DNA of 61,464 nt, the filler included, from Diploschistes diacapsis (Eukaryota): assembly GCA_023645945.1 (NCBI GenBank). It is 6 parts of 6 records of this genome, joined end to end, with 100 filler letters (N's around TTAATTAATTAA, not from the genome) between each part and the next. Parts side by side here need not be neighbours in the genome. Positions count along the whole stretch, not along the records: positions 1 to 10,191 come from JALAIB010000954.1; positions 10,292 to 20,472 come from JALAIB010000955.1; 4 more parts are not named here. One strand, 5' to 3'. A program made the position numbers and the translations under genes. The notes below the pieces were generated by a model. It was not told the DNA's origin, searched no databases, and saw only the letters and a list, made by a program, of their open reading frames with translations. Below are positions 1 through 13,300 of the stretch, in pieces. Each line of letters opens with the position of its first letter. The stretch's first letter is position 1.

Positions 1-8
1 AAGTTGTT

Positions 9-39
<31 letters not shown>

Positions 40-596
40 TGCGACGGTTTTTCTTTTTGATGGGCTTATGGCTTATGTATGACGGGGGAGATACGGGAAG
101 AAAGGCCGCTTCGGCGAGGATAAGCGACTGTGGAACGGAACACGGTACTTCTCTTAAGCGTAGTTCCCCTACCAAAAAACTATGCGCCTTCCTTCGCGAC
201 GATGGCTTTTTCATGGCCCCCTTTTTTCCCTCTCCCAGTTTTTTTTTTTTTTTTTTTTTTTTTTGATGTGACCTAAAACCCCCATTTCTCAAACCGCCCG
301 CCCAACCACACCATGCACTGTGACCATCTTCCCCCGTCCCAGTACCCGTTCTACGTTACAACTACAACCCAATGTTTGGACAGATTAACGGTTGATCGAT
401 TAATCGGGCCGAAGAATTAATTCATCGAGGAATCGCGGGAAAAAAAAAACCCTCCTTTTCTTGGAGAATGTTTTTTTAATGGTATATAATACTTCCATTT
501 TTATTAAAAAAAAAATTGGTAAACAATCGGCCCGATGAATCGCCGGTTGATCGTTTAATCGATACAAACAACGTTGCTTTGCACCACCAGTAGTAA

Positions 597-628
<32 letters not shown>

Positions 629-1343
629 ACTCCCTTTAATCTCGGTGCAAAAAATAAAACCCTCCCCTACTAGCGCCCCCATGGGGGCCCGACAGAAAGT
701 TCACTCTTCCCAGCCAACCAAAAACTCGCGCCCTTTTCCCTAGCGCACTTCACCGGGGCGCACGGAACAATAGCCGTCTGATTGGCTGGGATCATGGGTT
801 TTGGGCTCTGCGCTCTGGGGCGTACAGGGTCGAATGTTCTGGAATGGTAGGATTATTGACTGGCTTGGATTGCTCCTTTGGTGACGAGATGCAGATACGT
901 TGGTGCGCGATATTAGTTGTCAAGATGGAACTCGCGACGGGTGAGTGTTTGGGGCCTGCCTCTTTTGTTTGGTTCGTGTAGGGGGGTGGTGGTGCAAAGG
1001 GGCACGTGGGGGTCGATAGATGGGAGATGTAAAGTGCACGTGATGTGGATATACGAAGTGTATGTGTGTGGTGGTCATATCGTGCTGGTTAGATACTGTG
1101 CTACCATGCCGGCGATGTCGTTTACATAAGACGGTGAACACAGGCACGCCGAAGCAGTCCCTCCCTGGTCCAGGATTGCACCGCGAACCTGAAATGAGCT
1201 TAGGGAGGCTCTGTGGATTGCGCTTCCTTCCGTCTGGCTCGACGCCCTGTAGGACACAGCAGCGCTTTCTATCAATCTTCATCCTTGCTGGCGTATATCC
1301 TAGCCGACTCGACCCGCCTTCCTTCCATCCAGTGTCCTGCTTT

Positions 1344-2591
1344 TCAAGGTGGTGGTAAATTTCCGAGGAAGACAACTAGAACAGCGCAATATCTGGAAAC
1401 AAGCGTGAGCTGGTGGAAACGGCTTGGGAAGAAAGACTTACGTAGCCAGAGCCACAAATACCTCAAGCTGCTTTGCCCTTGTCAGATACAGTGTAATTGT
1501 GGTGAACAAGGCCGTGAAGGCGAAGATGATTCCCAGTTTCGACCACGCCGATACCTGGAGAATGTAGAGGAGAGCAACTGGAAGAAGAAGCAAAAGCATG
1601 GAGAGCAAAAGCACTGTGAGCTTGGCAACAAATTCAAGGCGTGTATCTTGAATCTGATACTGGTCTGTGGCACCACTCGCTTCACCGTTGCGCTTTCTGA
1701 ACAGGACCTGGAGGGTATTAGCGATGCTCCCTTATCCATCTGCCCTTTACTCACTTTCATCACGCTCGGCGGCAGCGCCATCATGAGACTATCAACCATC
1801 GGCTTGATCCAGTTGCTCTCGGTATATCCATGTAAGTTGACCATGTCGTCCTTGTGATACACGAATTCCGCGTCCTCGGGGCACAGCGGCTTCTCGAACC
1901 ACATGTAATTACGGTAATGCTGGTGAAGCTTCTGGCTCGGAGCCTCCATCTTCAGAATCGTCTCCTCGCGGATCAACAGGTCATCATACTCCTTCAGCTT
2001 CGCCTTGATCTCCCCCATCAGGATCTTACGCTTCGGATCGTTTTCCTCGTCCCAGCTGCGGGAAGCCAGCCGGTAAGGTTCGTCGGCGGCGTCGGCGGCG
2101 TCCATGGCCTCGAGCTTCCGTTCCAGGTGCACGAGCTCATCCTGGACGTAGAGCAGCGTTCTGTTCCGGAGATAGCCAAAGCGCCTGTAGAGATGCGTAT
2201 TGGTGTCAATGTTCACGAAGCCGGCGAGCCGCGGGTAACCCCAAGGTAGGTCGTCCACTGCACCCTTCGTCAGATGGCTCTTCATGCAACCACATTCGGG
2301 ACTTTTGGACTCACAGGTCTGCTCTTTGAGCGGGGGTACGTCACGCATAACATCATGCTCAGAACGGAAACGGTTGCGTACCTTCTGTGCAAAGGTCTCC
2401 CGGCGTCCTGGATCCGGCGGCCTCTCGAAGCCTTGTTCGACATCTGCCGTGGGAACGCAGGAGCTTTTCTCTTGCGATGGTCTATCACAACATTTTATCG
2501 ACTGCGCAGCGGTATCATGCTCAATTTCCTTGGCCTTGTCGTCGCTGGCGCCAGCGTCCAACTTCTCTGTATTTTGACACGGCTCCATCAA
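1344..2591 (-). CDS. DUF6594-family fungal membrane protein, 3 exons (introns 1708-1754 and 1393-1441)
   Basis: Contains GYPRLAGF...YRRFGYLRNRTLLYVQDELVHLERKL. Splicing two GT-AG introns restores hydrophobic C-terminal helices ending EVFVALATYCAVLVVFLGNLPPP*, with TGA at 1344-1346. Both ends match my recollection of the DUF6594 pattern. Confidence 0.8.
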
Positions 2592-3239
2592 TCAAGCTAT
2601 GGCGCTTAGTCCTCCTTATCCTCCTGTTGTATTCTCCTGAAACTGGGCTGTTCGACTAAGGCGATCATTTTTTCGGCAATCCCATCATCACCTCTACCAT
2701 ACGGACGATTCCAGAAGTAAAACGTCGCTATTTCAGTGGCAGTGCGGATGTAGTGTGCCACAGGCACCAGTAGGCGTCGTACGTGTGCCAATTTCCTTTC
2801 TTTCTTTATACATTCATTAAACTTATCGTATGCATCGTATTATGAATATCCTTTGAAGTCCTAAGAAGTCAAGGCGATAGTAACAATAATTGGCATACCA
2901 CACACCTCTTCCACTGCTTATGCTAACACAAGACCTCGAAGGATGCTTCAGAATAATGATAAAATAACCCTAGCAATTTCGGGAAGAGCTTCAAATATTT
3001 AGACTTTATTGTGCAAGTGGATTAAGCATCTCTCGAGCTCTAGTGTGGGCTCTAGTGTGGGCGTAAAGTGGTAAAGGGCTGCTTTTGCTCCCCAACATGT
3101 AGCAATATAATCTCTCGATTGCATACTAGTAGTACCAATGTCAAATGGCAACGAATTTTTAGCAGGCGCCAGATTTTAGCTCAACATTTTGCCAAGCTCT
3201 CACTACGGATGGAGCTTCAGCCTTTTCCCATCTCCTAGT

Positions 3240-5414
3240 CCAACATGAGCTCCTTGCAGCGTTTCTCAAGGCCTTTATCCCATCTCTCGCCTCCCCCATT
3301 CAGTCCTCCAATGAGAGTAGGCAGAGGATGCTCTTTCCATGCCTGCAGACCTGCACCATTTGTCCTTCAGATACAGATGGCCAGAAAGAACACCGCGAAC
3401 ACTATAGTTGCTGCCGGCACCGTAATCGCTCCCCATCGAATCTGGATGCAGACAGTGTACAGTCGTGCCTTACCGGGCCGAAACTTGGACTGATCACCAG
3501 CATTGTGGATGGCCGTTGTTACCGAGTACGCTAGGTTGCTGTATACCAACTCTGGCGACGACGGGGAAAGAGAAGAATTGGAGAGAGAGAAAGCTGCTGG
3601 AGACGTGGATGCGTACAACGCCCGCATGGCGTCCCTGCCCGAGAACACAACCTTTTGCTAACAATTGTACGATCCCTTTGTTGATTCAAGAATGATTGAA
3701 GATCTCCCAGGGTAATCAGTAGCTACTGATTCACACTGTCGAGTGCGGCTTGCGTGATGTTGAATGTGCCTTGCACTCCTGGCGGCGGCTCAAGTGCATA
3801 ATCTGCTCGGGGTATGTATCCATTTCAGTAGGCCAAGGGGTCCACGACTCGTTTCCGATGGTAGGACTGGACGAATGCGTGATGTTCCATGTATTCAATA
3901 AATTCAGGGAATGCGGTTGGTAAGAGCTGGGGACACTACTAGACGCCGTAGCCGCGGTTGTTTCAATCATTGCACCACTCTCCATGGTAGTACTGTACAC
4001 ATTGGTGCACACCAATAGCCGCACTCCATAGCATTGATCGGCGTAGATTCTACGGTCGTTGTCTTAAGCGCATAGGATGGGTCCGGATACAACATTGACA
4101 GGGAATTCAGTAGAGTCTGTGAGGATTTGAACATGAAGGTTTCATTGGGACTCGCAGTTCCGAAAGTAGCTAATAATTCATTCATCATACCCAGGTAACC
4201 AACGAACCCCACTGGAGTGAGCAGGGAAACTGAGATGTTTGATTCTATATTGATAGCATACTTGACACTTAGGTCCTCGAAATTAGCCCCATCGGCAGTA
4301 GCGAACGGCATATAACTGAGATTGGTAGTCTGAATATAGAACGAAACCTTTTTAGAGTTCGAGCAGACGGCTAGCGAGGCGAACTCGGGCCATGTACAGT
4401 TTGTTGAAGAGCAAGTATAGGTGGGCTTGGGAAGGAGACTGCCATTGGAGATGAGCAAGCCCTACTGGATAGCGCCCATCTAATCAGAAGTAAGACTAGT
4501 GACTGTTGCGTGAAGTAGATTGCCGCCTCGATGATTCTCTGTACCGAATGCTCTGATTAGATTTGCGTGTCTTTAAATGGAGAGACCTTCAAGTCACTGA
4601 CCGATCCCGTCAATTATATACTCTGATCCTGCCACGAATCTCTCTGAAGCGCGACACTCGAGTCCACACTCGAGTCCAAGACTGCGCTGTCATCGACAAG
4701 ACCCTGATAGGTGACGAGAAGCTGGAGAAAAGGATCTAAGGCTAGGCCTACGATCATAATGACTGCACCTGGTGTCGCAATATTTCTGCCGTAAACGTAA
4801 GTGAGGTACAGTACACATACTAGATAAAGCCTGAGACTGAAGTCATACCGTTGAAACTGTGCATGTCCCTAAAGTCACAACCCTTTGCGGGAATATTGCG
4901 CGCAGACAGCTGTGCAGCAAGTACATAGTTCGTGCAAAAACATGAGTTCACTTACCGGAATTTCGTGACGGACAACAATCGAATACTCCCAAATAGCCCA
5001 CGGCTGGCATCGTCAACCCTTTTATAATCTAGTAGAGAGCGCTTCTGATCGGCGAACCAAGTCCATTTACTCTAGGAAAGACCAACCGAAACACCGACAG
5101 CTAGGGCCGCTTTAGCGACAGTTCCAAGTATTGAAACTGATCGAGAGATTGACTGGATAGCCGCCTGGAGAGATAGCACCTTCCCAATCACTCAAAAGTC
5201 GACCGTCCTAGATTTCCAAGATAATGATCAGGGCTATGAAGCTGATAACAGCGCTGACGATATCTTTTATCCAGGGTCTGAAAATGGCAGAATGCTTAGA
5301 GTACGAACTAGGACGCACGGTTTCCACCGAGACTAGCGGTGCGTCTTTCCTGTTTGCGTTCTGCAACAGCCATGATAGCGATTCGTAAGCAGGCTCCGCG
5401 GTCGATCGATCCAT
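3240..5414 (-). pseudogene. DUF3176-family membrane protein pseudogene (3' boundary approximate)
   Basis: Family motifs occur in order: GLS*SKWTWF, DDASRGLFGS, ALDPFLQLLVTY, CSSTNCTWPEFASLAVCS, YSNLAYSVT, IQIRWGAITVPA, AWKEHPL. In-frame stops at 5208-5210, 5072-5074, 4462-4464 and 3367-3369. Frameshifts near 5140 and 4020. Confidence 0.8.
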
Positions 5415-7147
5415 GAGTTGAACTGGTTATGGCTAGAACTAGGTAATGATAGATCCACAGGTTGGAGTTTGATGGTGATGGGTGAAGGTGGTCAATTGTA
5501 TGGAAACGAGCAGATGTGTCTCTTCCGCATCCAGTGAACGACAGATTGACTCAAGACACTTGCAAACTGAGAGTAGTGAGGCCGACAAGGAAAATATTGG
5601 AACGGCACCTGACGGAGGCAAACAAGGGATTCCAATTTCCTATCGTTAAAAAAATACCTATTGCGTCCATCCGATGCCGGCCAATGTAGCTAGTGAGACT
5701 GTTCATCGTTCTTGGTGTGTATTTAAGGCACGTGGAGCTGCTGCATTGCGTATAGAGATCCATGCATCCTCGAAGCATAAAGTATCTATTTGGCGTATAT
5801 CATAACCTTCCCTTGTGAGAGTCGATGAGGAACCAGAATTGATGAAAGAAAACGCCGAACACTCCCCCGAGAGAGTTGAAAGACGTTCAGCAATCTGTAG
5901 AGTCATGACCTCGCATGAATTGCCGACTTGGCTTACAGGCTCAATACAAGCAAGCCAATGCTCGAAGACAAAGTGCTATGACGATCTCATACTGATAGCC
6001 TCCAGTTCCAGAGATGAAGAAACACTTGATGCGGCCTTATTGGAAACCATCTGCTCGAAGCATATCAGCACAGACTTGTTCCTCTATCCGGGATGTGATT
6101 GTACTTTTTGCACTCCTGTTCGAACAGAGAAGGTTAAAATATAGAATAAGTGATGTGGAAGGGAAAAGGCTTCCACTTCTGGCAAATAAATATAGTCTTG
6201 CAGATACTCTGCCCCACCTATCAATCTCCTCCCTGTCTTCCAGCCGGCCTTTTCAACCACCAACAAACCTGAACAGATAGCTATCGACTCGCTACTAGGC
6301 CAAAGAACGTACCAAACAGAATTACGGCCAAAGAACCAAGTGCGAGGACGCAGAGCATCAGTTGACACAACTTCTGACGCTTCAAGTCTCAAGCAAAGAA
6401 GGTCACAGGTCAAGGCTACCGAGTTTTGGGAGCTATGTCGAACAAACCTACTCCCAGCATTAGAGTTTCACCCTTGCAAAAGGATTCTGGATTCACAGTG
6501 ACGAGGCCAAAAGGGGACCGGAAGGGTAACCCAGGCAGTGGTGGTGCGAAGAATGTAACGCTCCGCTCCAAGATCATTGTTAGTAGGCGCTGATAAGGCT
6601 CTAGTATCCCAAGCCGCCAAGCAGGCCCCCTGGTGGTGAGAAACAAAAGTAGTTATTGTGGTGTTCCTATTGGTGCGGGGGCAGGTTGTAGGAGGAATGC
6701 CAGTGAGTCTGCCAGTGCTCAGCTTATTGCGTCGACAATCAGAACAGACTGAAGGAACATAGTCCATACCTATGAGCTATATGACCACGTGTGAAACTGG
6801 CGGTAAGATTTTGTTGCGTGCATGCATCATTTCACGCCCTGTGTACAGGCATCGTAGGTATGAAAAACCCCTGCTCCTCCTATCTGCAGCTAACCTCGAG
6901 GAACAGATGATACCAGAACACTGTGCGTCCATAGACTCCAGCAACGCGATGCTGAAAGCGGAGTGCCACTGGGAAATAGCTATAGTGCGGCGAAGGCTTT
7001 GCCTGTGGGAAGGAGGCTCTGGCACCGGGTTGCACTGCAGTCTGGACATCAGGTTCATAAGACTTTCTAGATATCCGAACCTGTTAATTGGAAACATAGG
7101 GTGCGCCGTGATGGGCGTCTTCCCTGGTGACGAAGCAGACCATTTCC

Positions 7148-8139
7148 TTATCCCTCTACCTCCTCAACCATCCTCCAGTTCCCCTTCCCAAAAACTGACG
7201 CAGCAGCTTTGCCCTTCCATTCTATAGGCACGCCTACCCGGCAGCCCTCTGGCCCACTGACCCATCTGATAAAGCCAGGTTCAGCCCTCTCAGCCTCCTC
7301 TGGCGGCCCTATCAGAACTTCTGGCGTCTCGGCGCCAGCAGCAATCTCAGTAGCTGAAATCTTGCCGCGCCGTTTTGGCGCTTGCTTCTTGAGTAACCGA
7401 TTAATAGTATCCATCTTCTCTTCTTCGTTACGCTTCTCGGAGAGGTTCTTGCGCCGACGCGCCATTTCGGCTCGGCGGAGCGCACGCTGTTCATCAGTGA
7501 GGTGAAGCTTTGTTTGTGGCTCTAGGAGAATGTTAGCTCACTTCAGAGAGGAAACGGAGAGATGGTAGAGCGTAGACGTCGTGTTGCCCGCTATGCAACA
7601 AAGGGGTTGGAGAGGAACCTACCCATATTTAAACTCATGAAATGCTCATCCGAGCCGTCACCTATACGTGCTCGCTGCCTCTTAGTCATCTTCGTCGTAT
7701 CCAATGTGCTCAGGTCGTCATCGCTATCGCCTTCCGCATCATTTTCCCCATCTACCATGGCTTCGTCCTCGCCAATTTCTTCCCCATCTGCGTCGTTGTC
7801 GTCTGGAAGGTCAGACAAATCCTCATCTGAGCCACCACCATTCGCCATTTGTATTTCTTTGGCCTCGACACTTTTTACCAGGCCTTGCGTCGGGGCCGGG
7901 GTCACCATGAGCTTCGGATTTGAAGGCGGGCCCGTTCGTTGTATGACAGGCGGTGGCGGCGCGTCGGTATCGATCATGTCTACGTCACTTTCGCCCTCTG
8001 CATCCTCTTCCTCATCGTCAACTTCGCCTTCTGCGTCTTCGTCTTCGTCCTCCTCCTCTTCATCTTCAATCTCCTCTATCTCTGCCTCTTCCACCCCTTC
8101 ATCTTCTTCTCCCGGCGCATCCTCATCATCCTCTTCGTT

Positions 8140-8172
<33 letters not shown>

Positions 8173-8179
8173 TTCTTCT

Positions 8180-8235
<56 letters not shown>

Positions 8236-8595
8236 ACTTCCGCTGTCTATTACAACCGATCTTTTGGCCCTGCTTGACCTGGGACCGCTTACCACCTCGG
8301 CAGGCTCGAACGAATCCCGTAAATTAGACTCCAAAGTCCTAGATCTGTTACCGGACGTTGCTTCCCGTAGCTTGTTCGGTGGCATCTTCACGGTCAACCG
8401 GATAGAGTGCCTGGCGTCTGCCGGAGAGCTAGATGGCTCCCGAGCGACTGTGATAGTGGCAGACGACTGCGGACTGGCGTCCCGGACTTTCTGTTGCGCT
8501 GATGCAGCTCGTCTGGAGCGATTGGACATAGCAGGCTGGGGAAGAGGCTTGCTGGGCTCGGTCAGCTGAGCCCGAGTGCGTAAGACTCGCGGCAT
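7148..8595 (-). CDS. IES2: INO80 chromatin-remodelling subunit Ies2 (PAPA-1 domain); intron 7522-7622; alternative ATG at 8529
   Basis: A long acidic tract is followed after splicing by LTDEQRALRRAEMARRRKNLSEKRNEEEKMDTINRLLKKQAPKRRGK and FIRWVS...VGVP, the conserved Ies2 C-terminus. Confidence 0.88.
8143..8233. repeat. Coding (TCA)n/(TTC)n microsatellite encoding the poly-Asp/poly-Glu tract of Ies2
   Basis: Trinucleotide runs are directly visible and translate as E and D runs on the minus strand. Confidence 0.95.
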
Positions 8596-9426
8596 GTCGA
8601 GGGATTTGAGCTTGGGACTGGGGCTTGAAAGAAAATGGTCCTGATACAAAAGAAAAAGGACTGTGAAATGGTCAAGGAGTTTGCATTAATATTCAGCACA
8701 TATGATGAAGTAGAGTGTTCAAAGCTCCGGCAAGGGATGTTGCGATGCGAGTAAACGGGCTGAACCGGCAGGCCACTTTTGTTGGAACTTCTTTTCTTTA
8801 CTTTACCACACTCTCGGTACCTTGCAGCCACAGTGCAAGGTACATACGCATCCTATAGCCGTTGAATGTATCGATACGCATCATCAACAGATTGACAGAA
8901 CCCCTATCTCGCGCCACATCCTATAAAATCCAATCGCTTACCTCTTGTGTTTCGCTTTTGCGATTACTCTTGTCTCACGCATTGGTGACTTTCCTGTAAC
9001 GCCATTTTCCGTCTTGGTGTTTTCCGGTCGCTCATTCGCTCTGTCGGTCCATCTTGCTGACTGAAGAGAGAAATGCGGATACGAGAGTTCAACCGCAAGG
9101 GAAGATTTCGGCGATTTCCTACATCAAACTCCGAATTGACGGCTTTGATTGGCGGGATGCTCCCCGCACCGGCATGAAACAACTTGAAATAACTTTCTTG
9201 AACAATGCAAAGACGCAGAGGGGCGAAGGCTATCTACCCAAGAGCGCTTTTCAGGACGTCGCATCCGTTGAAAAGCTTCGTGAGCAGCTTAGGAAATTCT
9301 AAGTACAGACTCAGCCCTACCAATAGTCTGATGAGCCGAGGGGATTTGGAGCTTGCCCTGATATCCTAATAAGCTCCAGCCACGCTTCATGTAACTTCGT
9401 CCATCAAACAAAATCATATCTCAAAG

Positions 9427-10191
9427 ATGGCAGACTTCAAGGGGAAAGAAATACCACGATGGCAGCGCCAGAAGAAAGCAGACAACAACAAAGACATTGA
9501 CCCTGCAGACCGGCATCAACCCAGTTCCAGCTCAGAACCCGACAGCAAGCCCAGTAGTAACCCAAGCACCCCAGACGACAAAGAGCTCAGCTCATCTCGA
9601 GAATCTCTGTTGGACTCTGCTACAAAATGGCTTCGGCACGAATCTATCCGGGACGCTCCCTTTCCTCAAAAAACCGCCTTCCTCGAATCCAAAGGCCTGA
9701 CAAAGCCCGAGATCGACCAGCTCCTCCACCACACTCCCGTAGAACCTTCTTCTATCATCGATACCTCTGATTCTTCAGCGCCAACCACGTCCACAAGAGT
9801 GATACCGCCATCACAATCCGACACTTCTTCTGCCCACGCCACAACCTCGACCCAACCTACCTTTCAAGCACCCCCAATAATCACATACCCCGAGTTCCTC
9901 TCCCACGCGCACAAACCCCCGCCCCTAATTACGACCTCCCGCCTCTTTACCGCTGCGTACGGCACAGCACTCACAACCGGCGTCCTCTGGGCCGCGAACC
10001 GCTACCTCTTCAACCCCATGTACGACTCGCTGATCGCGGCGCGACACTCGCTGTTCGAGGGCACCATTTCGAATCTGGAGCAGATGAATACGAAACTCGA
10101 AGGTATCGTAAGCGAGGTTCCACTTGTTATCGAAAGGCCAAGCAGCAGAGGAAGAGAAGGCGGCGGCGGAGGAGGAGGAGGAGGAGGAGGA
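9427..10191 (+). CDS. PEX14/17: Peroxisomal docking protein Pex14/17 (Pex33-type), 3' truncated by contig end
   Basis: Pex14 N-terminal motif RESLLDSATKWLRHESIRDAP..QKTAFLESKGLT..EI, then PPIITYPEFL...KPPPLIT and NPMYDSLIAARHSL, typical of filamentous-fungal Pex14/17. The ORF runs into the linker. Confidence 0.82.
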
Positions 10192-10291
10192 NNNNNNNNN
10201 NNNNNNNNNNNNNNNNNNNNNNNNNNNNNNNNNNNTTAATTAATTAANNNNNNNNNNNNNNNNNNNNNNNNNNNNNNNNNNNNNNNNNNNN
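10192..10291. other. Artificial contig linker 1
   Basis: 44 N + TTAATTAATTAA (stops in all six frames) + 44 N. Confidence 0.99.
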
Positions 10292-10365
10292 TGTCATGTC
10301 CCCCCCCCCCCCCACCTCCCACACGGGTCTCGAAGCAGCGAAATCGATGCGCTAACTCTGTTCAG

Positions 10366-13300
10366 TGTCTGTTGGAGGGTCAGTCGTCATGACGAGCTTC
10401 ATAATGTCAAGCCAAGCGGTGTGGCTCGAAGCGATTGAGCGTCGCATAGAAGCCACGACAGCAATGCTTGGGTCCATGAAAGGCATCAAGATGTGTGGTT
10501 TGACCGATATTCTACGTACCAACATCCACAAACTTCGTATCGAAGAGCTTCAGATTTCGAAGAAGTTTAGGAGATTGTTGGTTTGGAATCTTGCCTTCGG
10601 TATTTGGTCGCAAGTCCCCAGTTTTCAGTGAATCTGTCGTGGCTAATCATTCGCTGCAGCTTATTTCACACCCATCATAGGTCCTGTCCTAACTTTTGCC
10701 GTCTACTCTGTTCTGGCTCGCAACGCAGGTAATGGCTCGACGCTGGATACGGCGCGTGTATTCACTTCCATGTCATTGTTCGCGTTACTTGCAGATCCTT
10801 TATCGGCTTTGATCATGGCTGTCGCTCAGTTCGCCGGCTCGATAGGATCCTTTGCCAGAATCCAGGAGTTTTTGGATGGGGCAGTGCGTGAAGACAAGCG
10901 TAAACGACCTGCAGATATCGTGTTGGAGAGAGACTCGGAAAGCTCCAAGACCAAGAGCTCATATCAGAGCAGTGAAATTGAGTTGGAAAAGGTTCATGTA
11001 ATTGCAGGCAAAGGAAAAGGCCACGGTCGAGTGCACGGGCTCCAGGATCCGGCAATCCAGGTGCAAAATGGAAGCTTCGGCTGGACAGAAGAGAAACCGG
11101 ATCTCATCCCAAATGCCAACTTCAACGTCCCTCGAGCCAAAATGACCTTGATCATCGGCCCTGTCGGATGTGGTAAATCCACGCTGCTGAAAGGTCTTTT
11201 GGGGGAACTTCCCTTCACCACAGGAACTATCCAGGTTTCCGCCCCCGAAGTTGCATTCTGTGACCAGACCCCTTGGCATATGAACGGAACCGTTCAAGAC
11301 AGCATCCTGGCTGTATCGGAAATGGATCCTCCATGGTACCAGGCAGTACTCCGTGCATGTGCTTTGTATGAAGATCTCCGTCAGCTCCCCAAAGGAGACA
11401 AAACCTTGATAGGGAGCAAGGGCATAGCTCTGAGCGGGGGCCAAAGTCATCGGATCGCACTTGCGAGGGCAATCTATTCTCAAAAGGATATCTTCATTCT
11501 CGACGACGTTTTCAGCGGCCTCGACGCGACAACGGAAGACAAGGTTTTCCACAACCTGCTTGGGACCGATGGTCTGCTACGACGACGAGGTGCAACGGTA
11601 ATCGTCACCGCTTCCTCATCCAAACGCGTTCCTTTTGCCGACCAGATCATTGCGCTCGATGCCGGCGGAAGGATCGCTGAACAAGGAAGCTTCAGCGACC
11701 TTGAAAAGCTTGGCGGCTATGTCTCGAGCTTTGGACTCGGCACCGCAGACTGGGCTCATCAAAACAAGGCTGAAGATAACGGGGACAAGGAATCATCGCT
11801 CGGTTCCGCGGTTTCGGAGCCTGATGTCAAACCTGCACCGGAAATGGACGAAAGTAGAGCAACTGGTGATACAGCCGTATACCTGTACTACATCGGCTCC
11901 GTCGGCTGGATTGCCACCGTCATATTCGTTGTCGCAATCACGCTATACGCATTCTCTTGGACCTTCCCGACCGTTTGGGTTCAATGGTGGGCAGCAGCCA
12001 ACCAGACAGACCCCAACGGCGATCTCGGCTACTGGCTTGGAATCTACGCGCTTCTTGCCGTCGGTGCCATCGTCTCCCTGATTATTTGCGTATGGCAGAT
12101 GGTCATCACGATGGTTCCAAAATCTGGCGAGAGCTTCCACTGGTCTCTCTTGACGACCACGCTCAACGCTCCCATGTCATTCTTCGCCACCACCGATACC
12201 GGTATCACTCTCAATAGGTTCAGTCAAGATCTTCAACTGATCGACATGGATCTGCCTCTGGCGGCTCTGAACACCGTCGCGACTCTGGTCCTCTGCATTG
12301 CACAAATGGTGTTGATCGGAGTAGAGAGCGTTTATGCCGCCATCTCATTTCCTCTTTGCATTATTGCCGTTTATTTCATTCAAAGGTTCTACCTTCACAC
12401 CTCCCGACAAATCCGATACCTCGACCTGGAAGCAAAGTCACCACTTTACTCTCAATTCGTCGAATGTCTGAACGGGCTTGTCACGATCCGCGCCTTTGGG
12501 TGGCAACACGCCTTGGCCGATCGAGGTCTCACATTGCTTGATCGGTCCCAAAGACCCTTCTATCTGATGTATGCGATCCAGCGATGGCTAATACTGGTGC
12601 TCGAGCTCGTTGTCGCTGCTCTCGCCGTTCTCCTTATCGTTCTCGTCGTGGCCTTGCGAGGCAGCATGTCTGCAGGTGCGGTCGGTGTTGCGCTTGTGAA
12701 CGTCATTCTTTTCAGTCAGAACATCCAACTCCTTCTGCAATTCTGGACGACAATGGAGACCCACATTGGGGCAATCACGAGGATCAAGAAATTTACCGAG
12801 GAAACGGAGTCGGAGAATTTGCCGAAGGAGAAGGAAGATCCTCCGTCCACGTGGCCATCCTCGGGAGCTATAGAGTTCCAGGACGTTTCCGCCGCGTACA
12901 GGTTGGTCAAATCCAAGCTGTTTTGCCGCTCGAGCATCCTCAATTGCTAACTTACGACAAGGGCTTCCGACTTGGTCGTCAAGAACGTTTCGCTGTCGAT
13001 CGAGGCAGGACAGAAGATTGCCATTTGCGGTCGTACAGGAAGGTGAGCTATCCTTCGGGTGATCTGGCGTACTACAAGATTCCAGCCACTAATAAATCAT
13101 TCGGCCAAACAGCGGGAAAAGTTCCTTGATATCCTCTCTCTTTCGCATGATCGACGTCACCAATGGGACAATTACGGTCGATGGCATCGATATTTCCACA
13201 ATGCCGCGCCAGCAGGTGCGGGCGAATATCGTCGGTGTTCCTCAGGACTCCTACCTACTGGGCGGCAGCGTTCGCTTCAACGTCGATCCTACAAATGGCT

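Noticed and set aside
8..1375. Short ORFs at the window start
   Set aside because: They derive from homopolymers and microsatellites or overlap the 3' region of the DUF6594 gene, and show no recognisable domains.
7562..8569. Plus-strand poly-Ser, poly-Ile/Phe and poly-His/Leu ORFs
   Set aside because: They are antisense shadows of the Ies2 acidic microsatellite.
9054..9302. 82-aa ORF between IES2 and PEX14/17
   Set aside because: No recognised motif, a non-ATG start and no upstream exon found.
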